Position numbers and translations under genes: made by a program
NCBI RefSeq assembly: GCF_036321535.1
Contig: NC_087472.1
Location: forward strand, 93,064,001-93,128,000
Reading direction: 5' to 3'
Length of the DNA: 64,000 nt
Origin: Camelus dromedarius
Lineage: Eukaryota
In this document: positions 1 to 13,673 of the stretch, piece by piece
Numbering within the stretch: the stretch's first letter is position 1
Layout of the letters: every line of letters starts with the position of its first letter
The notes under the pieces: model-generated
Seen by the model: only the letters and a program-made list of their open reading frames with translations
What the model was told of the DNA's origin: nothing
The model's database searches: none

Positions 1-425
1 AACCACATAGCATGGGAGTAGTAAGGAAGGGGGCATATAACTACCAGAGGTTAATAATAATGATGTTTGCTGAATGACCAGATTCATTTTGGTCTGTTTT
101 TCACATGGGATATATCTGAGAAAGAGATGAAAATGGTGAGTAACTGTCCAAACATAAATTTTTGATACACAGGAAAGAAACAGATATGAAAGTGAGCATC
201 TTGAGTTTAGTGGACTAGCCCTTAGAGTGGTAGGAAAAACAAGAAAATAAGTTAATTACAGCTCAGGTAAATTACCATTATTGGCATAGTTCAGTGACCC
301 CAGTGCTGTGTCCCTCTGGTGGAAGAAGCAGTAGTGCAGCTTTCCTGTTAACCTGCTCACAAATACAGATTTTGGAGACGGTTTCACTGTGTCACTTTAG
401 GATCTAGTAATCTATCCCAAGTCTT

Positions 426-537
426 TAATTTGTTGTTGTTGTTGTTTGTTAATGGAGGCACCAGGGATTGAATTCAGGACCTCGCGTATGCTAAGCACAC
501 ATTATCACTGTACCACTGAGTGTACACCCATCCCCCC
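426..537 (-). mobile_element. tRNA-derived SINE (camelid Vic-1-like), short-tail form
   Basis: Minus strand reads GGGGGATGGGTGTACACTCAGTGG...GAGGTCCTGAATTCAATCCCTGGTGCCTCC followed by an (AAC)n tail. 12-bp TSD ATCCCAAGTCTT at 414-425 and 538-549. Confidence 0.9.
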
Positions 538-727
538 ATCCCAAGTCTTGAGAATCCACAGTATAGCAATGATTTGAAAGAAAAACTGTATTATTAAAGA
601 ATCTTAAGATTGTAGAAAGGGGAAGGACTTACTTAGCTTAATAAGGTTCAGAAGCTCTACTAGCAGAAGGTGTACTTCACTGTGACAAAGTTTTTATTTT
701 GCAATTTTTGCTATTTTCCAACTTTCA

Positions 728-1704
728 ATTTTTAAATTTTGAAATAATTTCTAACAATTGAAAAGTGGTGAAAGTAGTACAAATAACTCTTACATATCCC
801 TCATCTTCACCCAGATTCCCTATTAATAGTTTGCCATTCATCCTTTCTCTCTCTTTCTGTCTCTCTTTTTATATCTAATATATAGATATAAATTTTATTT
901 AGATATATATAGATATAAATTTTTTCTGGCCAATTTGACACTTAGAGGCATTGTTTCTCACGTCCCCTAAACATTTCGCATTTCACTGTGTGGTCCTTAT
1001 GGACAAAAATATTGTCTTATGTAATCACAGTATAATTATCAAAATCAGGATACTTAATATTGATACTGCCGTATAATATAAACTGTATTTGTATTCAGAT
1101 TTCTCCAATTGATTCAATGATGTCCTTTATAGCAACTTTTTTTTTCCTTTCATGAACCAATGTAGGGTCAGATTTTGTATTCAGTTGTCATATTTCTTTG
1201 GCTCCTTTAATTTGGAAGTTCCTAAGACTTACATCTTTCATGGTGTTGACATTTTAAAGAGTTAAGATCAGGTATTTTGTAGAATATCCTTCAGTTTTGG
1301 ACTGTCTAAAATTTCCTCCTGATTAGATTTAGGCCGTGCATTTTGGCAGGAATACTATGTATGAGATGTTGTGTTTTTACTAGTGCGTCATGTCAGGAGG
1401 CACGAGATGTTGGTTTGTCTGATTATTGGTGATGCTGATTTTGATCACTTAGATATGGTAAGTCGTTGGCAGATTTTCCCATCATATGTCATTGTTTTCT
1501 CATATGTAGTTAATAAATAATATGGGAGAGACACTTTGAAGATGTCTGAGTATCTTATTCCCTCTCAAACTTTCATTCATTAAATTTAGCACCTATTGAT
1601 ATTTTTGGAATACTGAATACTTACAATTGCTGAAAAATATTGACTTTTACTCCATCATTCTTCCTATGTTTATTAGTTGATAATCTACCATAAGGAGGCA
1701 CTGT

Positions 1705-1739
<35 letters not shown>

Positions 1740-2000
1740 TCTATCATTATGGACCCTATAACTTCTTATTTTATTTAAAGGGTTACAATCTACTAGTGTT
1801 GCTTTTGTTACCATCTTTATTATTATTAATAACAAATTGTCCCAGATTCAGCCAGTGAAAGTCCATTCAAGTTATCCTCTGTTTCCTTTTGATTTATTCT
1901 CATCATCTTTTGAGAATTTTCTTACTTTCTGCCACAAAAAAAAAAAGGTGTTCTAAATTTGTTTTTCTTTGACTCAGTCTTGGAATAAGATGTTTCTTGA
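728..2000 (-). mobile_element. Old LINE-1 3' UTR (L1MC-like)
   Basis: Degenerate motifs typical of L1MC-type 3' ends (TTTTGAAATAATT...CTTCACCCAGATTCCC; TGATTAGATTTAGG...CATTTTGGCAGGAATACTA). Boundaries approximate. Confidence 0.7.
1709..1737. repeat. (TC)n microsatellite
   Basis: About 14 perfect TC units, seen directly. Confidence 0.95.
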
Positions 2001-2389
2001 AGAAGCGCTCTGTAAAATATTTTGATTGTATTTCAGTTATGTAGACTTATTCCTTCTAAAACTTCTCTTTCCTCCTTCCACAACTGTCTTGTTCTTGTTA
2101 ATTTCTCATTCTGTTTCTCTGTAGTCAAGATAACTATTTTGTCTATCCTCATGCATGGATTGACTGCCATTCATTCACTCTATTCATTTTCACTCAATGA
2201 TTGGGAAGGTTGGTGCTGGGAAAAGAGAAAACAAAAGTCATTCTTGTGTATAATTTCTTTAGCATTTTATTTGCTTGTCATGTCAGATGTGTTATTGATG
2301 TTTTTTTTTTTCCTTTCACATTTGAAGTTTTTGTAGGGCTGAGAAAGTTGCATTCACCTTAGCAATTATAGAGAGGGTGGAGAGTCTAG

Positions 2390-2590
2390 AGAAAAGAACA
2401 TGGAACTAGAATTCAGGATATCTAATTTATAACATTGACTCTGTCTAGATCGTTGGCAGGTTAGTCTGGTTCTCTGATTCTTAGTTTGCTCAACTTTCAA
2501 ATGGGAATAATTTCTTTTTTTCCAGTTGTGTCAGAAAAGTACTGTACAAAAGAAATGAACAATTTTAAGCTCTAAAATACTATCTCTTTG
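2390..2590 (+). mobile_element. MIR SINE remnant
   Basis: Degenerate MIR core (GAAAAGAACATGGAACTAGAATTCAGGA...TTAGTTTGCTCAACTTTCAAATGGGAATAAT). Confidence 0.55.
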
Positions 2591-2825
2591 CCTTGAATTT
2601 ATTTTTTGCCTCTTAAGAAATGAAAATATTTTATAATGGAAAATAAATTAAAATATTATTATATCAATATCATTTAAAATCTGTACTCTGCTTTCCTATG
2701 AAAATAAAATATTTCTCTTTAAATGGTTGTACGGGGTGAGGGTCAGAATATGTGGATATAATCAAACATAAAGCCACCTTTTCTCTTTTCTCCTTTTTGC
2801 AAACCTTAAAACTAGCCATGTCCTA

Positions 2826-3317
2826 TAAAAAAGTTGTGGTATATTTTTACAGTGTAATACTATTCAGCCATAAAAACCGACAACATAACGCCATTTGCAG
2901 CAACATGGATGTTTCTGGAGAATGTCATTCTAAGTGAAGTAATCCAGAAAGAGAAAGAAAAATACTGTATGAGATTGCTCATACATGGAATCTATATGTA
3001 TATAAAAAACATAAATACAAAACAGAAACAGACTCATAGACATAGAATACAAACTTGTGGTTGACAAGGGGCTGGGGGTAGGGATAGACTGGGAGTTCAA
3101 AATTTGTAGATACTGACAGGCATATGTAGACTAGATAAACAAGATTATACTGTATAGCACAGGGAAATATATACAAGATCTTGTGGTAGCTCACAGTGAA
3201 AAAAAAGTATGACAATTAATATATGTATGTTCATGTATAACTGAAAAATTGTGCTCTACACTGGAATTTGATACAACATTGTAAAATGACTATAACTCAA
3301 TTAAAAAAATATTAAAA
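2826..3317 (+). mobile_element. 5'-truncated young LINE-1 (ORF2 end, 3' UTR and poly(A))
   Basis: Nearly identical to the copies at 16982-17470 and 26777-27140. A-rich tail. TSD AAAACTAGCCATGTYCTA at 2808-2825 and 3318-3335, at a TT|AAAA endonuclease site. Confidence 0.95.
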
Positions 3318-3345
3318 AAAACTAGCCATGTTCTAAAATCATATA

Positions 3346-3544
3346 TAGTTGATCTTTGAACAGCACAGGGGTTAATCTGGGTATAATTTATAGTGAGTCC
3401 TCTGGCCTCTGTATTCAAGGTTCCTCCACATCTATAGATTCAACCAACCACTGACCATATAGTACTATAATATTTACTATTGAAAAATATCCACATATAA
3501 GTGGACCCGTGAAGTTCAAACCCATGTTGTTCAGTGGTCAACTG
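3346..3544. mobile_element. Non-autonomous Tigger (TcMar) element, MER8/Tigger2-like
   Basis: Terminal inverted repeats (T)AGTTGATCTTTGAACA / TGTTCAGTGGTCAACTG flanked by TA. A sister copy lies at 20658-20848. Confidence 0.85.
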
Positions 3545-5944
3545 TAATGCATCTTAACTGAACTAAGCTAATGTATTTTCGAAGATGAATGACCTATTAA
3601 AGTGGTAAGTCTTCTGACAAAGAGTCATCTCTAGACTGAGATATTGGTTCATATAGGTACTTTCCTTTTATGGATATTTAGATTTGTCTAAGCATAGGTG
3701 TTCATGGCAATCGTGGACAAATACTACTCTTTGGCCACTGGGATCTAGCTGCTAGAAAACAAAAGACAAACCATCCATGGTTCATACTTCCTATCAAATC
3801 ACTAAGCATCTCCACACAATCTTTCTAGAAAGAGTTGTCAGAAGTTAGGAAGGTACCATTGATTCTTCTTGTTCACTTTTCCACAATAACCTATTACCAT
3901 GGCCTGTCTGCTTTATCCACTTAAATACCACCAGCTTTTAAGATAAAACTAAATTCCCATTTACTTAATGAAATATTACAAAATCTCATTTGAGCTCAGT
4001 GATAGTTTTCTCTTTTCAAAATCTATAGCACTTATAACCTAAGCCAAATAGCATTCTTATAATCCATTATTGGACCAAATACTTATTGAAGGGTTTGTCT
4101 TTGGATCTTCCATGGAATATTTTACCACTGTCTCCCTGCATGTGGGTTGAGTTGAATGGAAGTTTGTTGGGTTTAATTTATTGCATTTAACTTTGCATTA
4201 TACTTCTCTGTGCCTCACAGTGCCTAGGGTGATTGTTAATGCAGGCCAAGTACTCACTAAGAAGGGCTTTTGGCTGATTATTAATGTCCCACTTTCTTGG
4301 TCATAGCCTAGGGACTAAGAAAATTTGATAGGTAATAGTTATCACAGAGTGACATTTGTAATAATTATGTATGTTGATCTTTATGTATGTATTTTGAGTC
4401 TGAGTTTCAGTTCCTAGTGTTTACTTCTCATGTTTCGTCGTGGGACAAAGGAGAAGGAATAAAGTCAAATGAACTGAGATGCTAGATGCTGACTCTAAGG
4501 ATCTCATCTTACAGGTTGTTCCCTTTGTTCTGCTCCAGTAAACACTATTTTCCCCATTTGCTCCCTAGAGACATCATCAGTGACTTCTGGATTGTTAAGG
4601 ATAGTCATATTTTCATGGAACATTACTAGTGAAGGTTATATACATGTATATTAATTTATTTCCTTGTTCTTCTCTTTTCTAGGGGGAGGTAATTGTTTAT
4701 TTGCAATTTTCACCATTATCCTTTGTCTCAGTATGGGAGATTAAAAATAACTTTGTGTTGTGGGGGAGGATTGGTCATAAGAAACTGAGGAATTCACGTT
4801 TACTGAATATCCAATACATACCAGTCATGATGTTTTCTCATTTCACAAAATTCTTGCAATGGTCTTGTGAGATGGGATTTAATGTATACTTTTTAAAGTT
4901 GAGAAAAATGGTACTGAGGAAGGTTAAACTCTGTGAAATTGGATGTTTTCTTTCATTTATTATGCTCAGTTAGAACCCACACATCCTTCAATTAAGAGAT
5001 AATCAATTGTTGTATGTTTATGTCTAAATCAATGGGTGTGTATGAAGACTTAGAAATAAATGTATTATATAGAATTTCCCTTTTATGAGTTTAATGTTCA
5101 ATTTGAACAAACAGATGTTTCTTACTAAATCCCCCAGGCTTAATGAAGAAAAAATCAAGGAAACTATTTTCCTACTTTTCCTTGAGAGCACTAGTAATCC
5201 CTTCTTCAGTGAGAACTATCTCAGCTATCTCAGCAGTACCACACAAAGATCATTATCATACACACTCACACTCTAACACACTCTCCAAAATCAGACATTT
5301 AAATAACATGACAGGTTATAACTTCACTAACATATTAAACACAATTTCTCACCAAGCTTCCTTAACAGGGCACTAAGAAGGATTTAATATTAAGTGGGCC
5401 GCTACCAACAAACTCAAAAGATAAACTGCTTACACATGCCAGAACAGGCAAGAAAAATATATTTTGCTGGAGACCTGGCTTACTAATACAGGGTTATGTT
5501 TTTCAAATGTAAGGAAATTCAAGCCATAATGATTAAAGGAGAAAAAAATTACTCTAATTCTTAAATTACTCCAGTATTAGGTGTGGCTATTTCATTCTTC
5601 TTTATTGTATACATTACTTCCCTCTTTTATCTGGTTTCCTTATAATGTAAAGTAAAGGCAAGGTTCTTTTTTATTAATTTTTTGCTTTCCATGCAGTAAT
5701 GTATAGGAGCTTGGGGCCAAACATAAATGAAGGAGAATCCATGACCTCTTCCCTTTAGAAGTTGATAACCATTATGGAAAAATATAGCTACTGTTACTAC
5801 TAAAGCTACTATTACTATACAGAGGCTGTGTAAAGTGAAAAATGGAATAAAAATTCACTGCTGCAGAAATCCAGAAGAGGAAGAGTCTGATGTGAAGTTG
5901 AAGATAAGGAAGGGATTTAATAGAAGACCACAAAAGTGAAATGT

Positions 5945-6200
5945 AATGTACCAGTTTTGATCATGGACTCTTCAATGAGAGGCCTACCTACACTTGACTT
6001 GTGAGTCTATTGTATATTAGTTGTGCCTCTGTGGTCAAGTTCCTCAAGTTAGATAATGCTCTCTCTCTTTATGCACAGTGAAGATTCTAATAGTATTACC
6101 TCCTAAGGTTGTTAAAAAGGTGAAATAAGATAGTGCATTAGTAATGCTTTATTTATGGCATGTAGTAAAGTTTCAGTAGGTGTAATCTGTTACTGTTATT
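5945..6200 (+). mobile_element. MIR SINE remnant
   Basis: MIR 3' motifs: ATAGTATTACCTCCTAAGGTTGTT...TGAAATAAGATAGTGCAT...TGGCATGTAGTAAAGTTTCAGTAGGTGT. Confidence 0.6.
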
Positions 6201-8889
6201 GTGAATGCTGAGGGAATAGAACTTGAAATAGATTTTGAAGGTGTCCTTAGATTTACACTAGATTCCATTAGATTTGGTGGAAAGAAAAGGGCAGGCAGTC
6301 ATGGTTCCAATACAGTTTAAGTCTGGTATTGGTACGGAACATTAATGTGAAAGATAATTTAATATAATAACTGATTTTGATATGGCCCTCTACAGTTTGC
6401 AAAATAGCTTTATTGACATCATGGCATTGCAGTCTTTCAAAAATTTTGTGAAGGAAGAAATATTACCTCCAGTTTAGAAATTGGGAAGCTGAATCATAGA
6501 GAAGCTGTATCCAGGGCAACAGTGGAATTCACACACATGTCTGGCACTCTCTCTTTGAACTGAACTACAGTTTTCTCAGTGAATAGTCTGGAGTTTAATG
6601 TTTAGAGATAAGGATAAGTACATGAGGGTTTGATTGCCAAGGATGAAGTGTTTACATTTGCTTTAAAAAGCAATGTATAGTTCAATTAAGTTGAAAGATG
6701 ACTTTAGGAAGCTGGATTAAAACTTTGGTCATGAATGCAGGGACAAAAACTATGAGAAACTATGAGAACAGAGTCCTACTCCATGTTTTTCACTGCAGGA
6801 TCTCCAGAGTAGGAGCTCAGAAATGTTTGTTGAGTAAAAGGACATTTGTGGTCAGGGAAATGGATAGTGGGCTATTAAAGTAATCTGATATGAAATGAAT
6901 AGGAGGGTACCATGAGGAACAAAGACAATGATGGAATCCAACTGAAAATTTAGAGGATGAATTGAAGAAGGAGACAAGGAGAATTCAGGGATTATTAAAT
7001 GATAAATAACAACTGAATGAATCTTAGAGAGTTATGTTCCCAATTTCTGAGTAATAACTAGAGTATTTTTTGCTTTGAAGAGATTAGATCATTGAGTTGA
7101 GAAATGTATGTTCCAGAAAGTGTTTTGCCTTGTCTCTGATTCTTTACTGAGTGGAAGTGGGTGAAAGAGGTGAATCTCAGATGGAGTACCCTCAGGTAAA
7201 GTGTAGGAATCCTCCATCCCGCATCACTGTCATCTCATTTAGTGTTCAAGAACCCATCTGTCCCCATCTTTCCTCACACTCCACTTATGAGCATGGCTTA
7301 AGTTGGATAAGGCAGATGAGCAATGAGCCCAGAGTCAGGAACACAGATGAAGAGTCACAGGAAGGGAAGGACACCCCTACGGCTCTACGCAAGTGGAGTC
7401 CAGGTGAGCCTGAAGGTACTGGCTTACTAGGTGGTCACTTACTCAACTCCCATGTGACTCCCAGATGCCGATACAGATGGTGCCCATTTGACAGGAGGCC
7501 TGGTGGTCAGTAGACTCTGGCTCTGGCCTTGGTCGCTTAGATCCAGTCTCCTCTGTAGAGCCCAGGCAACCCCCCTTAAATCCTTTCCCTTCCCTCCTCT
7601 CCTTTCCAACCTGCTCCTTCAAGGACACCTTGAAAAATTTCTCTACTCTGGGAGGGAATTCTGGCTCTCATTCATCATGATTTTTATTATTTTAGGTCAT
7701 TTATAACAGTCTGAATTAAATGTATTCTCTAGGAGTTCTCATTAAAAATGTTCTGAAAGGAGAACGCCTTCAAATGGGGAAAATGTCAGCCTTATGATTA
7801 TATAGGGGATATTATAATGTTTCCCACAAATGTTGGGGAAATATATAATCATAGGAGCTACAGAACTTTATTATGAGAAATATAATTAAAATTATCTAGT
7901 GCAATCGTTGTCCTTTCTCTCTATGTGGAAAGGGTTGCTGATTTGAAAATAAAATAGACATCAAGCATTTCCCCATGCTTGCTTTATATAACACTGAGGT
8001 TTTAAATAATACATCACTTTATTTAAAATCTATTTACATGGTAATTGCCACTGTATAATGTATGAAAGATCACTTCACTGAGTTTAAATCTGGTTTGCAA
8101 TGTGGGCTTGACATATATTTTATTATTTTTAAAAAAGCCTCTTAAATTACCTTTTGTGTATTTCTAAAATACAAGTAGCTATTTTTAGAAAAATAATCAT
8201 GAACTCTAGCTGTTGCTAACCTGTTTTGTGATCCTTTGCTTTCTAGATTTAGTTGCCTCTTTGAAATGCCATTTTGCACCTTTAAAAAGGTGGGCAGCAA
8301 CAGGAGATTTAAATACCACCTAAGAGACTGTTATTTTTAAATCCTATTTCTAATTTCTTTTATGATAAAGCACATTTTAAAAAGTCCTGTTTTATACATT
8401 TTATTATATACACAGAAAAGCAATTGCTCTGAAGATTTGTTTAACATTGTTAGCTCCTCATTACTGGGCCCTGGCAACCCAAGGAGGAGGAACTGTTGAT
8501 GGTTGCTCAGCAGTTCAATGCATTTGTCTGTCTCCCCGTATTGCTCTCTATTTCCCTCTCTCTCCTCTAGCCTTGCTCCTTTAAAACCACCAACACCTTT
8601 TAGTATTCTATTTAGTATTCTATTAGTATTATTAGGGTTCTATTTTATTTATCTGTTGCTGTCACCGGTGCTAGCTGTCGAAAATCCTGTGATCTTCATG
8701 GAGACCTGGTACATAGTAAGGACTAAATTAGTATCTGTTCAGTAATTTCACCACTATGATTGGCAGTCAGGAAGAGAGGATTTTACCCTGATTGCATTAA
8801 GAGTAAAATTAAGAAATGTATCTGTTATGAGGAGAACCTAGTGGTTAACTCAGCTCAATCAATGGTGTTATCACTCTTTTGTGTTGGGG

Positions 8890-9082
8890 TTTCCAGATGG
8901 CCTCATTTTACCCTGAATTTCTGTCTGCACTCATATCTTAGATGACTTCATCTAGACTCCTGGATTTAAATATGCACATGATTTCCAAATTTACACTTCT
9001 TCCCAGAGCACTGTCTAAACTTTACTCTCATATGTCCAGTATTTCTCCCCATAGTTCCACGTGGATATCTAAAAGGCATCAA
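8890..9082 (+). mobile_element. LINE-2 fragment
   Basis: L2-like GATGACTTCATCTAGACTCCTGGATTTAAATAT...ATGATTTCCAAATTTAC...TCCACGTGGATATCTAAAAGGCATC. Confidence 0.6.
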
Positions 9083-9269
9083 GGTGAAAATCATGATACG
9101 ATAGAAAAAATATGAATATAAAGGCTATACTTTTAATTGAGAATTTAACAGATGTAGAAAATAAAAGGATTAATTCCATTGTAATTGAATGATCATTTTC
9201 TGGTGCATGTAGAATATTAAAAGTTTAACGAATTTATCATTAGATTGTGTGTGTGTCTGAAAATGGCAA

Positions 9270-10350
9270 AGAATTGAATTTAAACTTTTTTTAAAATAAG
9301 AATTTTTATTGGCCCACATAACAGGAAGTATAGAAGTTGGGCTGATTTACTATAGAAAACAACAGAATGTTAGATCTGTGTGTGTGGGTGTGTGTGTGTG
9401 TGACAGCTTTGTGTTATATTATATGTGAACTTTGTGCTTTCTTTAGCTTCCTTCGTGATGGTAGGATGCTGTCAGCAGCCACTGGGGCAATGTAGTTTTA
9501 TGTTAATATCCACTAGATGACAGAGAGAAGGAGAAACAGATAGAAACAGAGACAGACAGAGTGGCTTACTATGGCTCTCTCTTAAGAGGGAGAATTTTTT
9601 TTTTCCAGGAGTGCCTGAGCAAGGTTCTTCTCATATGTCAGTAAACCCATACTAGCTTAGGTCCGCCCACATCTGAAATTATTCCAGTATCAGCCCACGC
9701 CTCGCTGGGTAAGCTAACTCCAACCCCGTTTCTCAAGGTGGGTTTATATTTCTCTGAGCCAGTTGGGCAACATCAATTCCTCTGCCAGTAAGTAGGTTCT
9801 GAAATCTAGGCTTAAGTCAATTAGCGTGTGACATCATCCTAGAAACCAGGGGCACAGTCCATCATTACAAAACAAAGGATATATATTCCATGCTTTGCAG
9901 GAATTAAAAAATGCCTGGAAGTGAACATCTAGAAGAGAATGAGAAGGCATATTACCTGGTTAGCTGTTGGAAGCCATTTTGTAATCCAGAGACAAGCTAG
10001 TTTGTGAGCAAAGCTGACCCCATCAGGAATGCATTACTAGGATACTTGCTGGGAAATTATGTCACAGCGAAGCATTGATCCAAGTTTTCTGGGACCTAAA
10101 GATTAAACAATTTATGAGGTGGATGGAGGGGGGGGTCTCATCAAGAAAATTAATACAGAAATCTGCATACAACATTAAGTGAAGGGCTTTATGGAGGCCC
10201 ATGCAAGTGATAGCCTCTAAAGTTTAATCTTGATTAACTTCTCAATGAATCCACCTCTCAAGTTAGCGCCATTGAAGGTCTTGTCTTACCTTCCACCTCT
10301 CCAACTCTGGACTTCCAGCTAATGGAGTAAATATTTCCATATTGTTGCTA
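9270..10350. mobile_element. Old MaLR (MLT1-like) LTR remnants, apparently two pieces in opposite orientation
   Basis: Degenerate MLT1 motifs (TTTATTGGCCCACATAACAGGAAGT; GCTGTTGGAAGCCATTTTG; CTCTGGACTTCCAG). Interrupted by a (TG)n tract and a MER53-like element. Confidence 0.5.
10070..10259. mobile_element. hAT non-autonomous element, MER53-like
   Basis: GATCCAAGTTTTCTGGGACCTAAAG...GGCCCATGCAAGTGA...AATCCACCTCT matches the recalled MER53 consensus. Confidence 0.7.
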
Positions 10351-11124
10351 GCAGATGAAGTCACTCCAACCAATGGAAAGATAGGCATAAGAATGGAGTG
10401 TTCAGAAATGACTCTTTTTAAAAATTTTATTTATTTCAGAAATGACTCATATACAGTGTTTCCTGTTGTTAGAAAACAGTAGTATATTGTATGCATTATT
10501 CTTAATTTTCTAAGAAATTCATAATTATGAATTTTAATATCTTGGAGGTAATTGCCTATTAGCAGTAACGACTTACTGTATTTAGAAATGGTTTGACTGA
10601 GTGCCAGTCTAATATCTTGGACAAGTAAAAGCTGGTATACTTGAAGTCTTAGAATTCCTATCCTATCTCCCTTTGTTGTCCTAGGGAAATTCTGTGCTAC
10701 CCTATATATTCTTTGAGCACAAATTACAAATGACCAACCTTGACAGTGCTTTCATTATGCAGATAAGGAAGCAAAAGTCTAGAGATGTGAGTAGATTTGT
10801 CTCAAAACTATTCACCAGCAGATCTATGAGGACTCTCCAATGATCCTTTCACTATTCAGCATTGTCCCTTTGATGTGTTATTTTCCTATCAAATTTTCTT
10901 CACACAAAGAAACCAGATGATGATTTCTTTCACACAGAACCATTTGGAAGTGAGCGATCTAGAGTTTTCTGGGAGGTTCTGTCATCCTTGGTATGTTGCA
11001 TCCAAGTACACTCTGGTCATTGCCATCTTCCCGACAATGGGACTAGGAACAATAAGTCTAGAGGCATTTTCACTTTTATTTTTTTCCTATTGTTTATTAC
11101 TTTAATATTTAGCATATTAATATC

Positions 11125-11880
11125 CTCCTGGTTCATATGTTTTCCCATATGGCAGGATTTCCTTTTTCTTAAAGCTGAACTTTATATATATATATATATA
11201 TATTTCACATTTTATTCATTCATTTATCCTTTGATGGACACTTGGGTTGTTTCCATTTCTTGGCTATTTGGAATAATGCTGCAGTGAACATGAGAGTACA
11301 GATATCTCTTTGAGATCCTAATTCCAATTCTTTTGGACATATACCCAGAAGTGAGATTGCTGAATCATTGGGATATTTTTAATTTATTTTAATTCAGGAA
11401 AGCCATTTATTGAGTTTGTTAATTCAGTTAATCTAACACAAATGTTGTAAATGATTTTCTTTTGCATTTCATTTGAATCAGAATCCAAATAAAGTGCCCA
11501 CATTGTGATTTGTTGCTATTTCTAGGTTGTTCCCCCTTCTCTTTATTCCCTTGTATTTTATTTTTTTAAAAGAATTGGATTTTTCTTTTTTCTCTTCCAG
11601 TTTTATTGAGATATAATTGGCATACAGCACTATATAAGTTTAAGGAGCACAGCATAATAACTTGACTTACATATACAGTTAAATGATTATCTATTTTTAA
11701 TTTTTAATGAACTTTCATACTGTCTCCCATAAAGGCTACACCATTTTACATTCCCGTAATAGTGTACAAAGTTTCCAATTTCTTCACATTCTTGCCAACA
11801 CTCATGGTTTTTTTTTTTGATAATAGCTGTACTAACAGATGTGAGGTGATACCTCATTTTGGTTTTGACGTGTATTTCTT
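11125..11880 (-). mobile_element. LINE-1 fragment (L1MA/MB-like ORF2 end) split by a nested insertion at 11386-11691
   Basis: Typical L1 antisense text (GGACACTTGGGTTGTTTCCA; ATACCCAGAAGTGAGATTGCTG; GTGAGGTGATACCTCAT) that continues across the nested insert. Confidence 0.85.
11386..11691 (-). mobile_element. Short L1 3' end (11581-11691) plus putative 3'-transduced sequence (about 11391-11580)
   Basis: TSD TATTTTTAATTT at 11374-11385 and 11692-11703. L1 terminus TTTTATTGAGATATAATTG. A second poly(A) signal (TTTATT on +) lies at 11406-11411. Confidence 0.7.
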
Positions 11881-13673
11881 TTCCTAAATGAATGGTTACA
11901 TTAAATGAATGGCCATTACATTAAAAATCTTTTTTTATTTATGAAAAGCTCAACTTGAAAAAAAGAGCTTGAATTGGCATGTACTAAAATAGTATTCATT
12001 ACTGTTTGTAAAATAATAATAACAAAAACAAAATTATGAAATTCATTGCTAAAAATATAGTAGTTTTCCCAGGGTAGAATGATGATAATGTGGGCTCTCT
12101 CTGTATCTATAATCTAGCTTCAACATAAGTGATATTTAATCTGAACAACAGCAAATAGCACTTTTTAAAGGTTATGTCAATCATCTCCATGAACTAAAAT
12201 GAAATATACAACTGAGAACTTTCAGAGTTAGCTTGTTCATTATGTTCCATCTTTATTTTTATGTTTTGGAGTTGGAGCTTTTATTTCTGAATTAATTCCT
12301 AAATTTGCTTCCTGGGTTGATATCCGGCACTCAGTGGCTAAAGAAGAGGCGTGATGGGATGGTCTGTAAGAATGCTGAAAGTAAAGCTTTTTATAGATGA
12401 GTAATTTGAGGCAAAGAGAAGCAAAATGACTTACTTGCCTGAGATAAAACAGTGACTCAGGTTCCTAGCAGGAATAGAACATGAGCTCTGGATTTAAGGC
12501 TGCTCAATTTTACTCCAAGGAATAATTTTTTTCCCTGTACTTTCTTTAGTAATGTGCAATATACATTGACACTTGAGTGAGAGAATTTATTTTTTTTATT
12601 TTGTTCCTCTTCTGTATGTATTTCACTGCTTAATTATCATGTAAATATTGCTCCTCAACATTCTCCCAACCTCCACTTCTGTCTTAAGAGCTGCTGATTT
12701 CCTAAGTTTGCTTTGACATGTGAGAAGTTTTTGCTGCAGTTTTGCTACTGTAATCACTTTTCTTTGTCAATCTTGTGATCCTATATATAAACCAACATAA
12801 ATCTGGTCCAGAAATGCAGACTGAGGGCTTTATATCCCCCCCATTTTTTGTCATTCATTGCTGTTTCAAAAAATAATTTGGTGAATTTTATTTACATTTG
12901 TGGGGTTATCGATCTTATTTTCTGGTTTCTTTTCCTTTTAGTTGCACAGTGACAATTATAGGTTGAGGGACACAAAATGGTGTTTAACAGTTATATCCTT
13001 GTCATTTTCAAAGTATTTTAAAACTTCCATTTTGCGGGGCATGAATATACATTATCATGATTCACTGGAAAAAGTAGTGTTACATTAAGAGAAATGTAAA
13101 ACAGGAAACAAACTCTCCGAAATTATCATTATCAGAGTAACTATTTTTAAAGCCCATTTTAAAAAAGTTTCTAAAATTAGATTATTTTTATTTTGTGAAA
13201 GGGAAAATAAATACTTCATGTCAAAAGCCTACAAAATCCCAATATAGAAAATGACACTGCAGTCTCTTAATAATATCTATTTCACAATGTTCATGTGATG
13301 ATCATAGGAGGTAAAATTTAAAACGATCCAGCAGAGAGCATGTAACATATGGTAGCTACTCAATAAATAATGGTTATTTTCCCTTCTTCGCATTTTCTGC
13401 ACTTGCTCAGGAAGGTTTGAGAGATTTACTTTTTTTCATTATAAAATAAACTTATGTTTATTGTATAAGCTTTGGAATACAGAAAAGCTTAAGAAAATAT
13501 TAAAATTCATACACTCATCCCATCTAGAGACAAAAACTTGTAATAACTTTGTATATCCTCTCCATCTTTTATACATACATAAGTTACTTTCATATTTTCA
13601 CAATATTAAGATTATTTTTTTCAGTTCTAATTTTTGTAAGTGTAAGTTTTTAAAAAATCAAGATTTAGGTTGA

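Noticed and set aside
4670..4703. AGGGGGAGGTAATTGTTTATTT, resembling the SINE tail on the minus strand
   Set aside because: Only about 22 bp with no clear TSD. Probably a truncated SINE end, but too short to call.
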